A model generated the notes under the pieces. It saw only the letters and a program-made list of their open reading frames with translations, was not told the origin of the DNA and did no database searches. The position numbers and the translations under genes are program-made. From Clostridia bacterium (GTDB lineage: Bacteria; Bacillota; Clostridia; TANB77; CAG-465), in assembly GCA_045536565.1 (NCBI GenBank), contig JAZSNU010000003.1:78544-142543 (forward strand): DNA of 64,000 nucleotides. Reading direction: 5' to 3'. Below are positions 44,255-54,281 of the stretch, piece by piece. Numbering within the stretch: position 1 is the stretch's first letter; every line of letters begins with the position of its first letter.

Positions 44255-44941
44255 ATGTTATCTTTTTTATCTAGTATTTTTTCATATGTTGCTTTTTTAT
44301 TTGGGTATATATCAAATACAAACCTATTTCCAGAGGCTTTAAGTAAATCAGAAGAAGAGTATCTTTTAAAGAAATATGCAGAAGGAGATAAAAATGCGAA
44401 AGAAAAACTAATTGAACATAATTTAAGGTTAGTAGCACATATAGCAAAAAAATATTCAAGTAATCAGCAAGAAAACGAAGAATATATATCTATTGGAACT
44501 ATTGGCCTTATAAAAGGAATAAATAGTTATAGTTTTGAAAAAGGATACAAATTAAGTACATATATATCCAAGTGTGTTGAAAATGAAATTCTTATGACAC
44601 TAAGGTCAAATAAAAAAACACAGGGAGATGTATCTATTAATAATATTATTGGTACGGATAAGGATGGAAATGATATGGAACTAGTTGATATATTAGATAA
44701 CAATGAGAAAGACCCAATTGATAATATATATAACAAGATGATGACTAAACAAATACTTGAATATATAGATACAAAATTACCTGAAAGAGAAAAAGAAATA
44801 ATGTATAGTAGATATGGATTAAAAGGGAGGATAGTAAAAACCCAGCAAGAAGTGGCAAAGGAAATGGGAATATCGCGTTCATATGTATCAAGGATAGAAA
44901 CAAAAGTGCAGAATTTGTTAAAGAGACATATAAATGTGTAA
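44255..44941 (+). CDS. sigK: RNA polymerase sporulation sigma factor, pro-sigma-K type, uninterrupted
   Basis: The hydrophobic pro-sequence LSFLSSIFSYVAFLFGYISNTNLFPEALS, then GD..AKEKLIEHNLRLVAHIAKKY and region 4 GISRSYVSRIE, parallel B. subtilis SigK. Confidence 0.85.
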   Translation: MLSFLSSIFSYVAFLFGYISNTNLFPEALSKSEEEYLLKKYAEGDKNAKEKLIEHNLRLVAHIAKKYSSNQQENEEYISIGTIGLIKGINSYSFEKGYKLSTYISKCVENEILMTLRSNKKTQGDVSINNIIGTDKDGNDMELVDILDNNEKDPIDNIYNKMMTKQILEYIDTKLPEREKEIMYSRYGLKGRIVKTQQEVAKEMGISRSYVSRIETKVQNLLKRHINV

Positions 44942-44994
44942 TAAGAACATTATACCGTTTGCGGAATAATATATTTAAAAATTATAAAATAACA

Positions 44995-45034
44995 AATAAA
45001 CAGAGCTATTAAAATTTTAATAACTCTGTTTATT
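44995..45034. terminator. Bidirectional terminator between sigK and the adenylyltransferase gene
   Basis: 11-bp stem AATAAACAGAG/CTCTGTTTATT. Confidence 0.7.
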
Positions 45035-45037
45035 CTT

Positions 45038-45622
45038 TTACTTCTTAATCAATTTCTCATACATTTCACGATAAGGATCTGTTCTGAGAAGCTCAGATCT
45101 TAACCTGTCATACATTTTGTGTGTTTTTTCATCAACAAATTTTGACCAATAATCAAAATCATCTTTTACTAATGCTTCTCTTAATTTTGTGGCACAAATT
45201 GGTATGTCATCTCTTGAAACTATAAGTTCAGCAATACCTTTGCGATCTTCCGCTGCAAACCATTTACTTCTGAACTCATCATCTCCATATACCATTATGT
45301 TGGGTTTCTTACGAATATGAGTCTTTACATTTCTAAGTACATATCGTCCCCAATCGGCAGTGATATCATTTTCGTTGGTAAGGTCGTTAAGTTCCTTTAC
45401 CATAAGATTTTCAGTATCCTCACCGTATATTTCTCTTATTACATCTATACGAGTAGAAGTAGGATAAGGATTACGGAGAGTACCATATTCTTGAGCGGAA
45501 CCCACTAAAATAAGTACACGGTCGCATAACTTGTATGCATTGTCAACAAGAAATTTGTGGCCAATATGGAAATGTTGAAATCGTCCAACAACCAGGCCAA
45601 TATCATAAGGTTTTGAATTCAT
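45038..45622 (-). CDS. Nicotinamide-nucleotide adenylyltransferase-like cytidylyltransferase (NadM/NadR type)
   Basis: GLVVGRFQHFHIGHKFLV (GRFQPxHxGH motif), ILVGSAQ. 194 aa. Confidence 0.7.
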   Translation of the reverse strand: MNSKPYDIGLVVGRFQHFHIGHKFLVDNAYKLCDRVLILVGSAQEYGTLRNPYPTSTRIDVIREIYGEDTENLMVKELNDLTNENDITADWGRYVLRNVKTHIRKKPNIMVYGDDEFRSKWFAAEDRKGIAELIVSRDDIPICATKLREALVKDDFDYWSKFVDEKTHKMYDRLRSELLRTDPYREMYEKLIKK

Positions 45623-45721
45623 ATAAATTCCTCACTTTCTAAATTATTATTAAGTTTGCTTTTTTACTATTGGTATTATACCACGATTATATGTATAATG
45701 CAATTTTATGGTAATAAAACA

Positions 45722-45742
45722 TCCTTATGATACCCATAAGGA
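45722..45742 (-). terminator. Terminator of the LysR gene
   Basis: 8-bp stem TCCTTATG/CATAAGGA, with a T-rich tract on the minus strand. Confidence 0.6.
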
Positions 45743-45765
45743 CGCGTTATATATATAATTAGTGA

Positions 45766-46662
45766 TTAATTATCACATATTATTTCTATAAGTTTTTTAG
45801 CACTAAAACTAGGCATATAATCTTTTTTAGATAGTACTAATATTTTTTGATTTGGCAAATTAGGAGTTACTGTTATTTCATATAATTGTTTGTTTTCTAA
45901 TTCTTGTTTTACGAAATTTTTTCCAACAAATCCTATACCTAGACCTATTTTGGCAAACTCAATAACTAGTGAGTAACTAGATAGTTCCATATCTGCTTCA
46001 ATTTCTACTTTATTCTTAATTACAAAATCGTTTAATATTCTTCTAGAATTCGAATGCGAGTGTTGCAAAAGTAAAGGATATTTTGTTAATTCTTCTAATG
46101 GGATTTCTTTTTTTGTAAGTTCTAAATAATTATTGTTACATATAAATGTATAAGTTATATCCTCTGAATATTCAACATTAAAGTTTTTAAATTCACAGGT
46201 ATCATTTGTAATTATTGCAATATCAATACTACCATCATCTAGTTTTTTTAATATATCACTTGTTTTACTAGTATCAATGTTTATAGATATATTAGGATAT
46301 TTTTCGTGATACTTTGCTAAGTGTTCTACTAGAAAAAATTTAGCAAGTGTTGTACCAATTCCTATTTTTATAGTACCATTTTCTAGTTTTTTTAGACTAC
46401 TAAGTCTGTTTTCCCCTATTTTAATATTTTCTATTGCTTTTTCTACATATTCATATAAAACACTACCTTCATTAGTTAGAACAACCCCTCTTTTAGTACG
46501 GGTAAATAGAGTTGTTTCAAGTTGGTCTTCAAGTTTCTTTATACTCATAGTAACAGCGGGTTGAGATATATATAAATCATTTGCGGCTTTTGTTATATTC
46601 CCAAATTTAGCAACAGTATAAAATATTTTATATAATTCAATATCTACTTCTATTATAATCAC
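45766..46662 (-). CDS. LysR-family transcriptional regulator
   Basis: N-terminal HTH LYKIFYTVAKFGNITKAANDLYISQPAVTMSIKKLE plus a substrate-binding domain. The exact start is uncertain because GTG 46662 overlaps the AAGGAG RBS. Confidence 0.85.
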   Translation of the reverse strand: MIIIEVDIELYKIFYTVAKFGNITKAANDLYISQPAVTMSIKKLEDQLETTLFTRTKRGVVLTNEGSVLYEYVEKAIENIKIGENRLSSLKKLENGTIKIGIGTTLAKFFLVEHLAKYHEKYPNISINIDTSKTSDILKKLDDGSIDIAIITNDTCEFKNFNVEYSEDITYTFICNNNYLELTKKEIPLEELTKYPLLLQHSHSNSRRILNDFVIKNKVEIEADMELSSYSLVIEFAKIGLGIGFVGKNFVKQELENKQLYEITVTPNLPNQKILVLSKKDYMPSFSAKKLIEIICDN

Positions 46663-46741
46663 TCCTTATTATAAACATAATTAATATATATTTTAATTAT
46701 ATCATCTGTTGGTATATAATACAAGCAAGGAGATGATTAAT

Positions 46742-47320
46742 ATGTTGATTGGACTAATGGGCAAATCAGGAAGTGGTAAAACCACAATAAGTAAGATTTT
46801 TAAAGAGCTAAATAATTCTATACAAATATTGGAGGTAGATAAAATAGGTCATGAATCTCACAAGGATGAAGAAGTAAAAAATAAGCTTCTTAAATATTTT
46901 GGAAAATATATTTTTGATGAAAGTAATAATGTTATTAGAAAGAATTTATCTGATATTGTTTTTAACGATAAAGAAATGATGCAAAAACTGTGTGATATAA
47001 CATATGGATTTATGCAAAGAGAAATAGACAGAAGAATAAATGAAAATGATATAACAATATTAGATTATGCACTGCTTCCTAAAACTAAATATTATGGCAT
47101 GTGCGATATAACAATATTAGTTAAAGCAAAATATGATAAAAGATGTGATAGAGTAGTAAAACGAGATAGTATATCAAAACAAAAATATGATGAAATAAAT
47201 AATAATTCATTAGATTATTCTGATTTGCATTTTGATTATATAATCGAAAACAATTTTGATACTAAATATTTAAGAAAGATAATAGGTGATATTTATGAAG
47301 AATGTGTTGTATCCAGGTAG
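46742..47320 (+). CDS. coaE: Dephospho-CoA kinase
   Basis: P-loop IGLMGKSGSGKTT. RKNLSDIVFNDKEMMQKL, LDYALLPKT and VVKRDSIS match the CoaE layout. I prefer ATG 46742, after an AAGGAG RBS. Confidence 0.65.
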   Translation: MLIGLMGKSGSGKTTISKIFKELNNSIQILEVDKIGHESHKDEEVKNKLLKYFGKYIFDESNNVIRKNLSDIVFNDKEMMQKLCDITYGFMQREIDRRINENDITILDYALLPKTKYYGMCDITILVKAKYDKRCDRVVKRDSISKQKYDEINNNSLDYSDLHFDYIIENNFDTKYLRKIIGDIYEECVVSR

Positions 47321-47801
47321 CTTTGACCCTATAACTTATGGTCATATGGACATTATTGATCAGGCATTAAACATATATGATAAAGTAATTATTGGAATTG
47401 CTGTAAATAGTAAAAAGAATAGCGGTATGTTTACCAGAGAAGAGAGAAAAGCACTTATAGAGGAAATATATAAAGATAATACAAAAGTAGAAGTTATAAC
47501 TACTGATGAAAATGTAGCATCGGTAGATGTAGCATTGAATAATGATTGTACTTCTATGGTAAGAGGCCTTAGAGATTTAACAGATTTTGCGGAAGAATTA
47601 AAGCTTGCAACAATTAATAATGTTATTAGTGATAAGAAGGTAAACACAGTTGCTTTTTTTGCAAATCCAAATAATATTACTGTATCTTCAACAAGTGTAA
47701 AAGAGCTATTCAGACTGGGTAAAGATATATCCAACTTTGTTCATCCAATAGTATATGAAGCAATAAAAAATAAAATGAGGAGTGATAATGATGAAAATTG
47801 A
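47295..47801 (+). CDS. coaD: Phosphopantetheine adenylyltransferase
   Basis: YPGSFDPITYGHMDII, VRGLRDLTDFAEE, VSSTSVKE. Overlaps the coaE 3' end by 26 nt. Confidence 0.9.
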   Translation: MKNVLYPGSFDPITYGHMDIIDQALNIYDKVIIGIAVNSKKNSGMFTREERKALIEEIYKDNTKVEVITTDENVASVDVALNNDCTSMVRGLRDLTDFAEELKLATINNVISDKKVNTVAFFANPNNITVSSTSVKELFRLGKDISNFVHPIVYEAIKNKMRSDNDEN

Positions 47802-48651
47802 TTTACATGTTCATTCTATATTTTCAGATGGTGAAAATACACCACAAGAGATTTTAAAGCTTTGTAAAGATAATGATATAAATGTAGTATCAATAACAGA
47901 TCATAACAACATTGATGGTGTAAAAGAGGCTATAAAGCAGAATTCTTATTCTGATATAAGAGTAATACCAGGACTTGAATTTTCAGCACAATATCCTGTA
48001 AAGGGAGGAGATCTTCATATATTAGGATATAATATGGATTTGGATAATATAGAGCTTAACTCAGTTTTAAAAGAAATAATGAAAGATAGTGTACGGAGAA
48101 TTGAATCTTTGTTATATCAGTTAAAGAAGAACTATAACATGTCTTTTAAAGATTCTGATATTGAAGAAATGTTTTCTGTGTGTGGAAATATAGGAAGACC
48201 GGATGTAGCCAAATTATGTGTAAAGTATGGTTATGCACCTAGTGTTGATGATGCTTTTGATAAATTCTTAAACCCCGTTGATGATAAGCTTGTGAAGAAG
48301 AAAATAGACCTTACTGGTAAAGAATGTATAGAGTATATTAAAAATGCTGGTGGTATAACCTGTCTTGCTCATCCAATTACATTAAAGAGGAATGTTCATG
48401 ATATTAAAGAATATGTGAAAATGCTTATGGGCTTTGGATTAGAGGCGGTTGAAGTATATCATAGTACACATGATAAAAAATTTAGTAGTAGTATGCAAGA
48501 AATGGTAGATGAGCTAGGAATTTTGTACAGTGTAGGAAGTGATTATCACGGTTATGTAGTTAAGCCAAAAGTTAAACTAGGAAGTGGTATAAATAATAAT
48601 CTAAATTTTGAAAATGCAACTATTCTTTCTAAAATATTAAGGAGTGATTAA
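47788..48651 (+). CDS. PHP-domain phosphoesterase (TrpH/YciV-like)
   Basis: IDLHVHSIFSDG, SITDHNNIDG, LAHP, GSDYHG. Overlaps the coaD stop. Confidence 0.8.
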   Translation: MMKIDLHVHSIFSDGENTPQEILKLCKDNDINVVSITDHNNIDGVKEAIKQNSYSDIRVIPGLEFSAQYPVKGGDLHILGYNMDLDNIELNSVLKEIMKDSVRRIESLLYQLKKNYNMSFKDSDIEEMFSVCGNIGRPDVAKLCVKYGYAPSVDDAFDKFLNPVDDKLVKKKIDLTGKECIEYIKNAGGITCLAHPITLKRNVHDIKEYVKMLMGFGLEAVEVYHSTHDKKFSSSMQEMVDELGILYSVGSDYHGYVVKPKVKLGSGINNNLNFENATILSKILRSD

Positions 48652-48653
48652 GT

Positions 48654-49454
48654 ATGGAAAAAATGATTAAGTTATATACTAATACTACAAAAGAAAAGGC
48701 TCGGTTCTTGGCAAAGAAGATAGAGGAAACAGCTCAATATTTAGGATATGGAATAGTAAATCCTAATTATACAGGAAAGATTAATCCGGATATAGTAATT
48801 GGTCTTGGTGGAGATGGAACATTATTAAATTTTTTACAGGAGAACAATTACAAAACAAGTGCAAAATATATAGGTGTAAATTGTGGAACATTAGGTTTTT
48901 TACAGGATTTTGAAATTGATGATGTGAAAGATTTTATTAATAATATTCCAAACTACATTGAGCAAAAACTTAATTTTGTATCACTTGATGTAAATGATGG
49001 TCAAAGTAAATTTAATGCTTTAAATGAGTTTAGTATTCAAAATGAAAATGATAAAGCTTTTAGAACTTCTGTATACATTGATGATAAGCACTTGGAAGAT
49101 TTTATAGGTACTGGTCTTATATTTTCAACACCAACGGGTTCTACTGCTAGAAATCTGTCTTCGGTAGGTTGTATAGTTCATCCTGATATAGAAGCATTAC
49201 AAATAACACCAAGGGAGGCTATTGTAAATAATAAAATGCATAGTTTAGCCAAAAGTATTTGTATACCCAAATCTCTTCAAATTACATTATATCCCGCAAA
49301 TGCTGATACAATTAAGATATACTCGGATGGTAAATGTGTATATATAGGATTATATAGTAAAATTAATATTAATTATTCTTATGATTATATAATTAAGTTA
49401 ACGGATACTAAGAATAGTTTTATTAAAAAAGTAAGAGAAAAGCTTATTGTATAA
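48654..49454 (+). CDS. nadK: NAD kinase
   Basis: VIGLGGDGTLLNF, NCGTLGFL, NEF, STPTGSTARN. Confidence 0.9.
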   Translation: MEKMIKLYTNTTKEKARFLAKKIEETAQYLGYGIVNPNYTGKINPDIVIGLGGDGTLLNFLQENNYKTSAKYIGVNCGTLGFLQDFEIDDVKDFINNIPNYIEQKLNFVSLDVNDGQSKFNALNEFSIQNENDKAFRTSVYIDDKHLEDFIGTGLIFSTPTGSTARNLSSVGCIVHPDIEALQITPREAIVNNKMHSLAKSICIPKSLQITLYPANADTIKIYSDGKCVYIGLYSKININYSYDYIIKLTDTKNSFIKKVREKLIV

Positions 49455-49462
49455 TTAGTAAA

Positions 49463-49496
49463 AAAGTATGATGCCTTAATTTAAGCATCATACTTT
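49463..49496. terminator. Bidirectional terminator
   Basis: 12-bp stem AAAGTATGATGC/GCATCATACTTT. The 3' arm overlaps the end of the convergent gene. Confidence 0.7.
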
Positions 49497-50381
49497 CTTC
49501 TTTTTGTTTTTTAGTACTTCATAGATTTCGTTTGAAAACATATCATAATTTTCAAATTTGTCAGGCTCAAAGATGTAATTATCATAAACTTTTGGTGAAA
49601 TTTTGAGCTCTGATAAATCTGTTAATGTCCAACCAATAACAGGCCTTTTTGTAACTTTACTAGCCAGTTCTACCATTGTGTTTTGCACTTCATCAGTAGT
49701 GGTAAAAACAAACTCTTCAATTTTGCTATTCCATCTTTTACTTTTACTTACTTCAAGACCAATATAATCAGAGTTTGCAAGCCAGCAAATAAATGACATT
49801 AATCTTTCATAGAGACTGCCAATTTTTTTGGGGTTTTCAATTTTAAAGGTATCAATTAATGTTTTACCTCTGCAAATTAATTGTCCCCGCACAGCAGTAG
49901 GCAATTTTTTACCCATGGTAAATATAAAGAATGGGTTAAATGACTGAATAGCATATTCGCCGAAGTAGTCTTTAAGCAAACTTACGACATTCTTTCTGTA
50001 TTTAGTCATTCTGAAAAATGAAGTTTCTTTAAAGTCTAAAATCATGGGTACAGAACCGTTATTTAGAGCGATACATTCTTCCAAAGTTATAAAGTTAATA
50101 ACACCTTTTTTCTTGTATTTATTTAAAACTTCTAATGTTAATTCACTTATAGCAAAATCTTGACCTTCAATAGTAATAGAAAAATCGTGATGGACAATAG
50201 GAATATCATCTTTTGTTCTTACTACATCTATTTCAAAAGGAAGCTTATTTTCAATGGAAGTTTTAATTGAATTATAAGAATTTTCTAGTATGTTTATATT
50301 ATTAACTTTGCCAAACATGCCTCTGTGTGCTATTGGTAAATCTAAAATTACAGAATCCCGTTTTAATCTTTCGATGTACAT
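49488..50381 (-). CDS. Glycerophosphodiester phosphodiesterase family protein
   Basis: LPIAHRG...ENS..., FEIDVVRTKDDIPIVHHD are the GDPD motifs. Confidence 0.75.
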   Translation of the reverse strand: MYIERLKRDSVILDLPIAHRGMFGKVNNINILENSYNSIKTSIENKLPFEIDVVRTKDDIPIVHHDFSITIEGQDFAISELTLEVLNKYKKKGVINFITLEECIALNNGSVPMILDFKETSFFRMTKYRKNVVSLLKDYFGEYAIQSFNPFFIFTMGKKLPTAVRGQLICRGKTLIDTFKIENPKKIGSLYERLMSFICWLANSDYIGLEVSKSKRWNSKIEEFVFTTTDEVQNTMVELASKVTKRPVIGWTLTDLSELKISPKVYDNYIFEPDKFENYDMFSNEIYEVLKNKKKKV

Positions 50382-50533
50382 AGTTATGCTCCTCTCATAT
50401 AATTGTTATGTGGTGACAATTATATATTATGTTTTATTATATGTCAACTTTAAGTAGAATAAAATTAATTAATAATCGTAATAAAGCGGAATAAATATGA
50501 GTATAAATGTTATATGAAAAGGGAGATGGAATT

Positions 50534-51931
50534 TTGAATATTGATATTTGCATAATAGCAATATACCTATTAGTTATATTATTAATAGGAATAATAGCAT
50601 CAAAGAAAGTGTATAGCATAAGTGATTTTGCAATATCAAATGTAAAATATGGTAAAACTGTTATATTTATAACAATGTGTTGCTCCTTTTTGGGTGGGGG
50701 TTTTTCATTTGGTAATGCAGCAGAAGTATATAAAAATGGTATAGGAAATATAATCGCTTTATTTGGTTTTAGTGTAGGACAGATATTTATAGGAAAATAT
50801 GTTGCAAATAAAATGGATAAGTTTTCAGGATGTATATCTACTGGGAGTATTATAGCAAAAATGTATGGAAAAAGAATGCAAATATTAACAGGTGTATTAT
50901 CTACTATTATATGTTCTGGAATACTAGGTGCGCAAGTAAGTGTTTTAGGAAATATATTCGAAGTATTTATTGGAATTCCAAGTTACATTGGAGTAATAAT
51001 TGGCTTTGGTATAGTTCTTGTATATTCAACAATGGGTGGTATTAAAGCAGATATCATAACGGATATAATACAATTTGTGATTTTAATAATTGGAATGCCT
51101 ATACTTTTAGTATTTGGGTTAAACCAAATAGGTGGCATTAATAGTATAGTACAAAACATACCTATTACATATTGGAATGTATTTAATAATAATGATGCAA
51201 TAACATTTTTATCATTATTTACTACACTTATGATAGGAGAAATGCTAGTGCCTCCATATATTCAAAGATTACTTATGGGTAAAAATTCAAAAGATACATC
51301 GACTGCTACTAAAATGAGTGGTTATGCATCAATTCCTTTTTTTGTTATAACAGGTGCAATTGGAATTATAGCATATGTATATGATTCAAATATTAATCCA
51401 GAATATGCCATGATTTTCTTAATAAAAAATGTGCTTCCGGCAGGATTAAGTGGACTTATAGTATCATCTATGATGGCAATAGTGTTGTCTACTGCTGATT
51501 CGTTTTTAAATAGTGCGGCAGTAGGTTTAATTAATGATGTATATATACCACTTAAAAGTGATAATATAGATGAAAAAGAAAGATTAAAAGTTGTAAGAAT
51601 AACAAATCTGATTATCGGTGGAGTAGCGGTATCGGTTGCACTTGCTATACCCAGTTTAATAGAAATATTAACATTTTCATACAGTTTTTGGGCACCTACA
51701 ATACTTCCCATTTTGTTACTTACAATATTAGAATTTAGAATTAAAAAAATAGGTGCTTGGCTTGGAATAGTGCTAGGAGTAATATCTACATTTATTTGGG
51801 ATATTATCTTGTTAAGCCCATATGGTATAGATGGATTAATAATAGGATTTATGCTTAATTTAGTTATATGTGTGGTAATTACTTTAATAGGAAATGTTAC
51901 ATATATAAAGATAAAAAAGAAGCATACTTAA
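50534..51931 (+). CDS. Sodium:solute symporter (SSS) family transporter
   Basis: About 12-13 TM helices with the typical SSS layout. I prefer the TTG start at 50534, 8 nt after GGGAG. The tracked ATG 50507 lacks an RBS. Confidence 0.7.
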   Translation: MNIDICIIAIYLLVILLIGIIASKKVYSISDFAISNVKYGKTVIFITMCCSFLGGGFSFGNAAEVYKNGIGNIIALFGFSVGQIFIGKYVANKMDKFSGCISTGSIIAKMYGKRMQILTGVLSTIICSGILGAQVSVLGNIFEVFIGIPSYIGVIIGFGIVLVYSTMGGIKADIITDIIQFVILIIGMPILLVFGLNQIGGINSIVQNIPITYWNVFNNNDAITFLSLFTTLMIGEMLVPPYIQRLLMGKNSKDTSTATKMSGYASIPFFVITGAIGIIAYVYDSNINPEYAMIFLIKNVLPAGLSGLIVSSMMAIVLSTADSFLNSAAVGLINDVYIPLKSDNIDEKERLKVVRITNLIIGGVAVSVALAIPSLIEILTFSYSFWAPTILPILLLTILEFRIKKIGAWLGIVLGVISTFIWDIILLSPYGIDGLIIGFMLNLVICVVITLIGNVTYIKIKKKHT

Positions 51932-51953
51932 AACACATTAAGTATGCTTCTTT
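51919..51953. terminator. Bidirectional terminator
   Basis: 12-bp stem GAAGCATACTTA/TAAGTATGCTTC. Confidence 0.7.
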
Positions 51954-51962
51954 GCTTAGTTG

Positions 51963-53987
51963 TTATTTATCTTTTAATAAATCATATACTATTATTGATT
52001 GGGAAATAGACAATTTATCATCAGTTGCTTGTGAATTTGCTATAATATCTTCCTGAGATGCAATAGTTGTATCATTAAGAAGTGAAAACTCATCTTTCTG
52101 AGCATTATAATAGATATTGTTGGTTAGCCAATTTCCGTTTGGAAAAGCAACTAGATTATCATCTAAATTCATTATATCGTTTCCAAGAGCATATGGGCTG
52201 TTTTCAAATCCAAAAAGATTTGACATAGTTGGTAATACATCATACATACCCATTGCTGTTGTAATTTCTTTTCCTATTGTTTGGTCTTTTGACCACATAA
52301 TTAATGGTACTTTTCTATTTAATTCATATTTATAATAATCAACATCCACATAGTTTGGATCAGATTCATCTAAGATAGTATCATTAATAGGATCATAATT
52401 ATACATTTTAATATAATCGTCATAATTTAATCTAGCATCATGATCACCATATATTATAATTACAGTATTATCAAGCAAGCCTTCTTTATCTAGTTCGTTT
52501 ATAAATTCGCCAATTGCATAATCTGCATAGTGCACAGATTTTAAGTAACTGCCAAGGGTAGTATTATCTAAATATGTTGCTATACCCTCCTGAGTTATGC
52601 CATCTTCGTTTGTATGAGTATACTTCATAGTGACATCTAAATTGGTATATTCACTTACATCATAAAAAGGAGTATGATTGGTTAAAGTAATAAGAGTACC
52701 CGAAAATTTCTTGTTTTCTTCTGCTATTTTCTTTATTTTTTGAACAGATTGTTTAAAGAAGGATACATCTGAAAGACCAAGTCCAATCATATCATCTAAT
52801 TCATAAGTGTCTTTTGCAAAGAAATCGTCATATCCTAGTTTTTCGTGCATAGCAAGTCTATTCCAGAAAGTAGCATTGTTTGCATGCATGCTAAATGTAT
52901 AGTAATCACTCTTTTTCAATAATTTTTGAAGACTTATATAACTTCTATTCCAATATGAAACAAATACAGTTCCGTTGTTTATTGGCATAAGAGAAGTGTT
53001 TAAAGTGAATTCAGTATCACTACTTGTTCCGGTACTAACTTGTGCATAGAAATTACTGTAAAAAATTCCTTCTTTTGCTAATTTGTTTAAGTTTGGAGTT
53101 ACTTCTTTTCCATTAAAAGATAAATCCATAACAAATTTTTGTATACTTTCAGCATGAATCATTAATATATTTTTGTCTTTAAATTTATTAGTAAATTCGT
53201 TTTTCTGTTTTTTCTTTTCGTTTTCTGCATAGTATTTATTAAATTTTTCTACGGCTTTATCATGTCCAAATGATGATGCAAAAGCAGAATGAGTTGTTTT
53301 TATTAAATCATTTAGCTGGTATGTATATATACCAAATCTTGTTACAGTAAATTCTCTGTTCCATTGTTTATAAAAACGTCCAAGCTCTGTTGTTGAACAA
53401 GTTATAAAAAATATAGCAAAAGCAATTATTGAAAGAGATAATGTTTTAGAAAATCTTTTCTGTTTTTCTTCTATTTTCCATGCCCTTGTATAGTAATCTC
53501 TTTTTATTAGTTTTTTATGTATAAAAGTAAGGTAAAGAGGTTGCCATATAAAAATTAAGTCTTTTATACTAAGTATATTTTTATTAACTGCATCGCTTAC
53601 TCCTGCAAGTTGTGATAAAGTAGAAAGCAAAGAAAATGATGTAAACGATGTATAGTAGTTATAATATGCAGAATTGACAATACAAACTAGCATGAGTATT
53701 ATTGATACAGTCATAAAATATCTATATTGTTTTTTTCCACTTCTAAATAAATAAGCAAAAGCCCCAACTAATACTAAAAAAGTAATATCCGCAATTAATG
53801 GCCTTAACTCAAAATAATTACGAACAGTAAAAAATCTAAGCAAGCAGCCATTAATTAAATTAGATAATACAAAAGTTAAGAATAATATATTAGTTTTTGT
53901 ATATTGCCTATAATCAAAATTTTTAATATTATTTATTCCTTTTATAAAATAATTAAAGGGCCTTTTAATGTTTTGTGATTTTGTCAT
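51963..53987 (-). CDS. ltaS: Lipoteichoic acid synthase family protein (N-terminal TM bundle plus sulfatase domain)
   Basis: Five N-terminal TM helices. Extracellular domain has MIHAESIQ, GTSSDTEF, NHTPF, YGDHD. Confidence 0.85.
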   Translation of the reverse strand: MTKSQNIKRPFNYFIKGINNIKNFDYRQYTKTNILFLTFVLSNLINGCLLRFFTVRNYFELRPLIADITFLVLVGAFAYLFRSGKKQYRYFMTVSIILMLVCIVNSAYYNYYTSFTSFSLLSTLSQLAGVSDAVNKNILSIKDLIFIWQPLYLTFIHKKLIKRDYYTRAWKIEEKQKRFSKTLSLSIIAFAIFFITCSTTELGRFYKQWNREFTVTRFGIYTYQLNDLIKTTHSAFASSFGHDKAVEKFNKYYAENEKKKQKNEFTNKFKDKNILMIHAESIQKFVMDLSFNGKEVTPNLNKLAKEGIFYSNFYAQVSTGTSSDTEFTLNTSLMPINNGTVFVSYWNRSYISLQKLLKKSDYYTFSMHANNATFWNRLAMHEKLGYDDFFAKDTYELDDMIGLGLSDVSFFKQSVQKIKKIAEENKKFSGTLITLTNHTPFYDVSEYTNLDVTMKYTHTNEDGITQEGIATYLDNTTLGSYLKSVHYADYAIGEFINELDKEGLLDNTVIIIYGDHDARLNYDDYIKMYNYDPINDTILDESDPNYVDVDYYKYELNRKVPLIMWSKDQTIGKEITTAMGMYDVLPTMSNLFGFENSPYALGNDIMNLDDNLVAFPNGNWLTNNIYYNAQKDEFSLLNDTTIASQEDIIANSQATDDKLSISQSIIVYDLLKDK

Positions 53988-54050
53988 AATACACTCCTTA
54001 AAATACCATTTTATTATACCATAAATATAGGGTAATAATCAATGATGTAC

Positions 54051-54078
54051 TTGATTTTTGCCTTTGGAATGGTATAAT
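54051..54078 (+). promoter_or_regulatory. Sigma-A promoter of tRNA-Thr
   Basis: TTGATT, 16 nt, extended -10 TGgTATAAT. Confidence 0.55.
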
Positions 54079-54087
54079 TAAATAAAT

Positions 54088-54163
54088 GCTTCCATAGCTC
54101 AGTAGGTAGAGTACATCCATGGTAAGGATGGGGTCATGGGTTCGATTCCCATTGGAAGCTCCA
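54088..54163 (+). tRNA. tRNA-Thr (anticodon GGT), CCA encoded
   Basis: Manual cloverleaf: acceptor GCTTCCA/TGGAAGC, D stem GCTC/GAGT, anticodon stem CATCC/GGATG with loop ATGGTAA, T arm ATGGG-TTCGATT-CCCAT. Confidence 0.9.
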
Positions 54164-54174
54164 TATATGTTAAT

Positions 54175-54206
54175 GGTAGTCTGATTATATAGGCTATCTT
54201 TTTTTG
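54175..54206 (+). terminator. Terminator after tRNA-Thr
   Basis: 8-bp stem GGTAGTCT/AGGCTATC (two G-U pairs) followed by a T8 run. Confidence 0.6.
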
Positions 54207-54281
54207 TTTTTCTATATAATTATCCTTGAAATATTTTTTAATATATATTAATATATAAATGTAACTTATGAGGTAAAATAT

